Below are positions 57,602 through 64,000 of a stretch of DNA of 64,000 nucleotides, piece by piece (the first letter of the stretch is position 1; each line of letters begins with the position of its first letter). Under the pieces are notes generated by a model that worked only from the letters and a program-made list of their open reading frames with translations, was not told the DNA's origin and ran no database searches. This DNA is from an uncultured Nitrososphaeraceae archaeon (GTDB taxonomy: Archaea > Thermoproteota > Nitrososphaeria > Nitrososphaerales > Nitrososphaeraceae), in contig CAWGVG010000009.1 in NCBI GenBank assembly GCA_963825865.1, positions 13,289 to 77,288 on the forward strand. Direction: 5' to 3'. The position numbers and the translations under genes were made by a program.

Positions 57602-58852
57602 ATGACATTGAAGCATTTCGCGGCAATTTCAGCTATTGTTATTTTAACAATTGTAATAGTATCTGCAGTTGTGATCATAACACCTAGACAAGATTCCTTG
57701 AAATTTATTCAAGCTAGATCTCCACCTATACCAACAAATCTGAATAGCGTTACTTTAAATCACGATAACAGCCTAATGTTTGCTACAAATAGTAGTAGAC
57801 CAAGTGTCTCGCTTATGATCATAACTATCACGAATAAAGGGTCATTTTTAGGTGGCGCGACATATTCAATTACTCCTCTTAGTAGTTCAAGTAATTATAC
57901 TGTTAAGGATGATGGGCCCAGAGACACAAACAAAGCATCTCCAGGAATTATTACAATTGCTGAATTACCTAACGGCAACTATACAGTAACGGAAGTAAAT
58001 TCTTCTCAAGGATATTCTGTAGATAAAGTCTCAAAGATCATTGAAATAAAACCAGGTCAAAATGCTCCAATTACAACATTTACCAATATTCCCTTAAATG
58101 AAGTCGAACAAAATAATAATAACTCTCAAATCAAATCGATCACGTATACTGCGAAATTTGAATGTGGCTCCATAATTGGAGATGAAGGTCCGCTCAGACC
58201 CGGACACTATGATACAGACATTAGTATTTTCAACAGACAAGAATACCCTGTCAAAATATTACTGAATGCCTTAGTCAATGATGGTAAAGGCACCAACGCA
58301 ATAGTAAAAACCTTGCAACCACAAACATCTACAGCAATAACTTGCAAAGATCTTCGTCAATTATTTAACATCGGAAATAATAGCAAAGAAATGGTAGAGG
58401 GATTTGTAGTGATAGGCGTTCATTTCAATAATGGTGTATTGGGTTCTCTATATGATAATGGCGGCAGCAGCACGATAATCACCCCTCCGCTATCGAAGGA
58501 TGAAATTAATTTTCTCGATGTACAGGTATTTTATACAGCAAACGCGCTCGAAACTCTTCCTCATGAGATAATGGTGGATAAGATCACGTTTTCTATTCTT
58601 AATGATACATCAAAAAAGATCCCACTCCCATTATTAACAAAAACACTAAATATAGATCTTCAATCGCAAATGAATCAAATATCTGATCCCGAGTCCAAGA
58701 TAAAGAGTGTTCTGGCTAAAAGTTATAATTTATCTGACCATGAAGTTGAAGGGCTAAAGATTAAAATCATCGATGTTGGCATTGGAGTCGGTACTATGAT
58801 TGATGACCATGCGATTTCCTCATCGACAGTAAGACCTCAATCCAGTACTTAA
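57602..58852 (+). CDS. Secreted/anchored protein with a prealbumin (SpaA)-like domain
   Basis: N-terminal TM; LGGATYSI...LPNGNYTVTEV..SQGY. Confidence 0.7.
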   Translation: MTLKHFAAISAIVILTIVIVSAVVIITPRQDSLKFIQARSPPIPTNLNSVTLNHDNSLMFATNSSRPSVSLMIITITNKGSFLGGATYSITPLSSSSNYTVKDDGPRDTNKASPGIITIAELPNGNYTVTEVNSSQGYSVDKVSKIIEIKPGQNAPITTFTNIPLNEVEQNNNNSQIKSITYTAKFECGSIIGDEGPLRPGHYDTDISIFNRQEYPVKILLNALVNDGKGTNAIVKTLQPQTSTAITCKDLRQLFNIGNNSKEMVEGFVVIGVHFNNGVLGSLYDNGGSSTIITPPLSKDEINFLDVQVFYTANALETLPHEIMVDKITFSILNDTSKKIPLPLLTKTLNIDLQSQMNQISDPESKIKSVLAKSYNLSDHEVEGLKIKIIDVGIGVGTMIDDHAISSSTVRPQSST

Positions 58853-59153
58853 CCTGCAATTTTGAATGCAGCCAAAAATAGATGCTTACGATATTCTTTG
58901 ATACTAGCGTTCTGGATAGAATGATATATAATATATAGTAATCCAAGTTTTACCAGCCCCGATCTAAGACATAGGTTGAAATTCTTTTGTCTATATGAAC
59001 TAACATCGCTGTGGATTTCCACATTAATTTCAGCAATAGCATAATATTACCTAAGAAACTAATAAAATATTTTCACGCAGCATTAAAAAATAGTACAAAA
59101 GTATTAAAGAAAGAATCCCAGTCAATGATAATTAGAAAATAAAGGCATAAAGT

Positions 59154-60374
59154 TTGACATTGAGAAAGATCGTAGTCATGATGATAGCGATACTAGTGGC
59201 TATTGGAGCGGCCGCTTTCACATATGCTCAATTCAATGACCAAGGTTCTTCAATAATTGATAAAATAGAGTCGCTACTTTTAGGTGGAAGTTTCAATAAA
59301 CGCGATTCTAATTTAGGTCAAGATGCATTTCAAGTTGGATATACAGGTACAACGGTAGCTACCGCAAGAGATCTGACATTACCTGAATTATTTAAAAGGG
59401 TTGAAAAATCAGTAGTACGGATAACGGGTACAAGTGATACTTCGAGCAGTCTTCAAGCCAATTCCAGATTAGGTTCTGGATTTGTATATGACACCAACAG
59501 ACACATTATTACAAACTATCATGTAGCCGGAGGTGGTAGAGATCTTGATGTTACATTTATGGACGGGAATATTTATCATGCTAAATTAATCGGCTCTGAT
59601 CCTTTTACAGATTTAGCAGTATTATATGTACAAGATGTACCAAAAGATAAGCTCGCTCCATTGCCGTTGGGTGATTCTGCAAAGTCAAGTGTTGGTGAAC
59701 AAATAGCAGCAATTGGCAATCCATTTGGGCTATCGGGGTCTATGACAGCAGGGATTATTAGTGGACTTGGTAGGATCATTCCCTCTAATCCAAGCTCAGG
59801 TTCACAGTATTCTATTCCAAATATAATCCAGATAGATGCACCAATTAATCCAGGTAATTCTGGCGGACCTCTGCTAAACATGAAAGGTGAAGTTATAGGA
59901 GTTAATTCGGCAATCTTTTCGACAACAGGTGAATTCTCCGGTATTGGACTTGCTATTCCATCAAATGCCTTAAGCAAAGTTGTACCTTCGCTAATTACTA
60001 AAAGATCATTCAATCATCCCTGGCTTGGACTTTCAGGCACCAATATTACACCGGAAATAGCAGATGTGATAGGATTAAAGGAACCCAGAGGATTTCTTGT
60101 GGTAGATATTATTTCTGGCAGTCCTGCTGAGAAAGCAGGAATACATGGAGGGAAGCAACTGAATAGTATTAACGGAAGACAGATGCCACTTGGGGGAGAT
60201 GTAATAGAAGAAATAGATAACAAAACTATAAGAAAAATCGACGATATTCTTGTATACCTTGAAACAGAGAAAGCGATTGGCGATAACGTAAAGATTTCTG
60301 TTTTTAGAGAAGGTCAAATTCGAAAAATCAATTTAATTCTTGTTGCAAGACCGAGTTCACAAGAGTCTCCTTAG
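59154..60374 (+). CDS. htrA: HtrA/DegP-family serine protease with PDZ domain
   Basis: LGSGF, ITNYHV, DLAVL, AIGNPFG, INPGNSGGPL, SPAEKAG. Confidence 0.93.
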   Translation: MTLRKIVVMMIAILVAIGAAAFTYAQFNDQGSSIIDKIESLLLGGSFNKRDSNLGQDAFQVGYTGTTVATARDLTLPELFKRVEKSVVRITGTSDTSSSLQANSRLGSGFVYDTNRHIITNYHVAGGGRDLDVTFMDGNIYHAKLIGSDPFTDLAVLYVQDVPKDKLAPLPLGDSAKSSVGEQIAAIGNPFGLSGSMTAGIISGLGRIIPSNPSSGSQYSIPNIIQIDAPINPGNSGGPLLNMKGEVIGVNSAIFSTTGEFSGIGLAIPSNALSKVVPSLITKRSFNHPWLGLSGTNITPEIADVIGLKEPRGFLVVDIISGSPAEKAGIHGGKQLNSINGRQMPLGGDVIEEIDNKTIRKIDDILVYLETEKAIGDNVKISVFREGQIRKINLILVARPSSQESP

Positions 60375-60866
60375 TTTGTTTTCATTGTAATTTAGAAATA
60401 TGCAAAAAATAGCGATGGCTGATAATTGGCCGTCAACAGAAAACAACTGTAGATATATTATCAGTTTCTTTAAGATAGATTAAGCAGTGTAATGATATAA
60501 TGATAAGAAAGTTGCTTTTATGTCGGCATTCTGGCTAAAAGGAAATATCTCAGTGTGAAGTCATAACATTTTTCTCTAAAAATATACAACTGCTACACAT
60601 TCTACCATATACACTACACACATACACACACAATCAAGCGTTATAGTAGCAGTATCAAGAGATGGTGATAACACCTTCTATCTTACTATCTTTCCACTCT
60701 CGCATATGCGAGTTTGGTAGAAAAACTCATTTTTAGTATTACTTTGAAAATATGCGAACAGGCCATAATATCAACACTTCCCGTTGGTTAATGTTTGTTT
60801 GGTTGCTCAATTAATTAAAAAAAGTATACCACTATACCTAAAAATGATAATCTCTCATGTCGTTAA

Positions 60867-61205
60867 TTGTGGCGAGGAGGCAGGAATGTGGAAAGTGTGA
60901 TTAACGAAGAAATCTTTGATACTGTAAATGCAATAAGATTAGCATGCAAAGGCGATAGGCTACCTCATTATTATTCTACAAGGGGAACAACTTTATTTAC
61001 AACTGATAAAGGAGATAATACTTTCTTCTTCTTTCTTCAATGGACGAACTGGCAAACTGAAGAAAGCCAGATAGTACCTTGCAATAAGGAAGAAGCATTT
61101 CATTTTCTATACGACCTATATGGATCTAGCTACACAGATACAACCGATGAGGATTTGGACGAAATTTTGAAAAAGTATTTCCCTAATAGAACAATTGCGG
61201 GATAA
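60867..61205 (+). CDS. Hypothetical protein
   Basis: 112-aa ORF in an AT-rich region; start uncertain. Confidence 0.5.
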   Translation: MWRGGRNVESVINEEIFDTVNAIRLACKGDRLPHYYSTRGTTLFTTDKGDNTFFFFLQWTNWQTEESQIVPCNKEEAFHFLYDLYGSSYTDTTDEDLDEILKKYFPNRTIAG

Positions 61206-61487
61206 TCAAATTATTATTTAATTTTATAAAAAATACTTTTCATAATATAAAGGAATTTTGTATCAGATTATCCGATAGTCGATTTCTATTATTTCCCTGC
61301 AAATTGCATGAATAGTTGGTATAGTTTATTCGAAAATATGGTGGTCTTGCATTGAGTTTTTTAAGAAAATAGAAGTGAATAAAGAGAAAATCATGACAAG
61401 TATCGCATTTTTAGCATATACACTTTGTGAAAATATATTTATCAAAGCTAAAATATAAAACTAACTCATTTATTTTTAAACTTACTT

Positions 61488-61718
61488 TTGACCGGTCACT
61501 GGCACAAATCATTGAATGACAATTTGAAGCTAAGGTATAAAATCAACCATAATCGTGTTAGCTATAATAACAAAACTGGAATGTATGAAAGTGGATCAGA
61601 AGCCTATGATAGATATGATCAGGCAAGGGAAAATAAGTGGAAATGTGAGAAATGTGATAATCGGTTTGCTACAGTTAAAAAACTGAAACAACACAAGATA
61701 GAATTTCACTCATATTAG
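61488..61718 (+). CDS. Small C2H2 zinc-finger protein
   Basis: WKCEKC...F...LKQHKIEFHSY. Confidence 0.75.
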   Translation: MTGHWHKSLNDNLKLRYKINHNRVSYNNKTGMYESGSEAYDRYDQARENKWKCEKCDNRFATVKKLKQHKIEFHSY

Positions 61719-62277
61719 TGTATTTATATCAAGCATATATTTTAATTTTAGCAATATAATCGCATAATAACAATCCATGGCTGCTCTAATTGTATTTTAT
61801 ATATGCCTTTTAAGAAGTCTACTTTTTATTATTTAGCTGGTTGATTAATTGTTAAATAATTGTTAAATAACCAACAACTACTAACAGACTCACAGTACGC
61901 ATAGTATGAGATTATCACTCTATAGCAATGTTATCAACAAAAAAATAGCACATCCTTGGCTTTTGCTAAATAAAAAGTTGTATGTATGTAATAAAATCAA
62001 AAAAGAAGAAGCATCTATCATGACCAATCTACAACCGGAATATCAAGTATCATTAAGATATAACAATAGAAACATTTGCAAGGCAGACGTTATTAGGAAT
62101 ACATTATAAAATAAAATAAAAATTGATTACATTCAGCGAATGATACATGGAATGCAAGTTGATTCTACACAAAGTGCAAACTAAAATAGAATATATCGAT
62201 TGAAATTATTCGCATAAAACACATCGGACTAAATGACTAAAGTGATCATAGTGATATATAAATAGCAACTACAAATT

Positions 62278-63498
62278 GTGGTATATATGATAAAGATTGG
62301 GTTAATTGGGAAAACAAATACAGGAAAGACGACGTTCTTTGATTCCGCGACGCTTGCTACTGCAGAAATTTCCAATTATCCATTCACTACTAAACACCCT
62401 AACATTGGTAATGCTAACGCTATCAATTTATGTGTTCACAAAGAGTTTAATGTCAAAGATAGTCCAAAGAACTCGCGATGTATTGATGGCTGGAGATTTA
62501 TTCCAGTTGATTTGGTTGATTTGCCAGGATTGATAAAAGGTGCTTGGGAAGGTAAAGGTTTGGGCAATCAGTTTTTAGCTGTTGCTGCTCAATCTGATGC
62601 GCTTTTGCACATTGTTGATGCATCTGGCAGCATTGATGCCTCGGGAAAAATAGCCGAGGCTGGTACAGGAGATCCTATAGCAGATATCAGCTGATATCGA
62701 AGAAGAGTTAGTCATGTGGTATCTAAAGCTTCTTGAAGGTAATCGTGATAAAATTTCACGAGCTGTCAATTCTGGCATCGATATTGTTTATGCGATTACA
62801 GATGTATTCCGAGGAATTGGAGTTAGAGAAGAAGATGTGAGACTTGCGCTCCAAGATAACGGGCTTGTAGGTATTAAATTTGACGACATTGATTTCCAAA
62901 AAAGTAAGGACTTTTGTTGGAGTTTGAGAGATATATCAAAACCAACGTTAATTGTAGCCAATAAGATTGATTTACCTTCTGCAGCAGAGAACTTTCGCAG
63001 ACTACGCGAACAATACAAGGATATGATTGTGGTTCCTTCTAGTGCAGATGCAGAACTTACTTTAAGACGGGCTGAGAGCCCGGCTTGATTCAATACCTCG
63101 CAGGTGATGAACGATTCGAAATAAAGGATCAGGCCGGGCTAAATGATAAACAAAGGTGGGCACTAAATTTCATAAGAAAGGACATACTTGGGGAGTACAT
63201 GCGAACTGGTGTTCAATTTGCTATTAATGTTGCAGTGTTTAAATTACTAAGAATGAATACAGTTTATCCGGTCACTGATGCAAGTAAATTGTCCGATAAA
63301 TATGGAAATATTTTACCTGATGTATATTTAATGAAATCCAGTTCCACTGTTGAAGATCTGGCAAGGGATATACATAGTGAGTTGACAAAAGGATTACTCT
63401 ATGCAATAGATATTCGTGATGGTCTAAGATTACCGACTAACTATCAACTTAAAGATCGGGATATAATATCTATAGTATCAACAAGGAAAAAGAAATAG
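62278..63498 (+). CDS. ychF: YchF/OBG-family GTPase with TGS domain (two frameshifts)
   Basis: GKTNTGKTT, NYPFTT, DLPGL..GA..GKGLGNQFL, ANKID, IHSEL, LKDRDII. Confidence 0.92.
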
Positions 63499-64000
63499 TG
63501 AGGTATGAATGACGAATCATAGAGACATTCATACTTGCATCCCATAACTAAAAGGGATTTGACTTCGTATAACAATCATAAGTGGTAGTGGTTTTTCAAG
63601 TGGATCTCACCAACAATATCCATTTGGGGTGAAAAAGACAGATCCATTTTGATTGTGTGGGGTTGTATTTGATTGCCAGTCTTTGGGAGGCTCAGAGGGA
63701 CATTATTATTCCACGATTCCATGAAGTAAATGATATGCTTTCCACAAACACAAAGCAGGTGCGATATTATCTTTTATGATGTTTGAGGAGAAAGAAGAAT
63801 GAGGCAGACAACAACTAGTAAATCTTACTGAATTAGCAGAAGGTATGCGCAGGAATTCGGAACTCGAATCAAGATCGAAGTTGTGGTGGTGGTAGATTTG
63901 ATAGCAAAGAAAATTGTTGTAGATATTCTGGAAACAGAAAGCAAAATTTTTGTTTATGATGTTTTAGAAGTTTATGACACACGACACTATGATTAGGATG

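Noticed and set aside
63500-64000. Possible gene or IS remnant at the window end
   Set aside because: No sustained ORF or recognisable motif, so no call can be supported.

Overview
AT-rich chromosomal segment of an ammonia-oxidising archaeon, most likely a soil Nitrososphaerales/Nitrososphaeraceae member. Evidence for this is the archaeal-type nirK, a PEFG-CTERM protein, cofE, dph2, purP, herA-mre11-rad50 and many small Zn-finger proteins. Single-base frameshifts occur throughout, including in housekeeping genes (leuC, dph2, purP, ychF), so many split ORFs are probably long-read indel errors. The main finding is a five-gene cassette at ~1071-7785: an active-looking RadA paralog; a 628-aa RPA-type OB/Zn-finger protein whose second OB fold appears interrupted by an Argonaute-like N-L1-PAZ-L2 lobe with no MID-PIWI; a Walker-degenerate RadA-like protein; a small PolB2-associated-type protein that seems to start at ATA; and a family B polymerase with intact polymerase aspartates and a degenerate proofreading motif. 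It is a candidate archaeal mutasome/damage-tolerance module with an unusual PAZ-bearing ssDNA-binding subunit. A decayed, inverted, 5'-truncated second copy lies at 24753-28124, with a MITE insertion and a ~150-bp deletion. The rest is core metabolism and repair genes, surface proteins, several IS elements and remnants, three small MITE-like insertions with target-site duplications, and a broken tyrosine integrase. No rRNA, tRNA or CRISPR array was recognised. All domain calls are by-eye motif recognition, not database hits.
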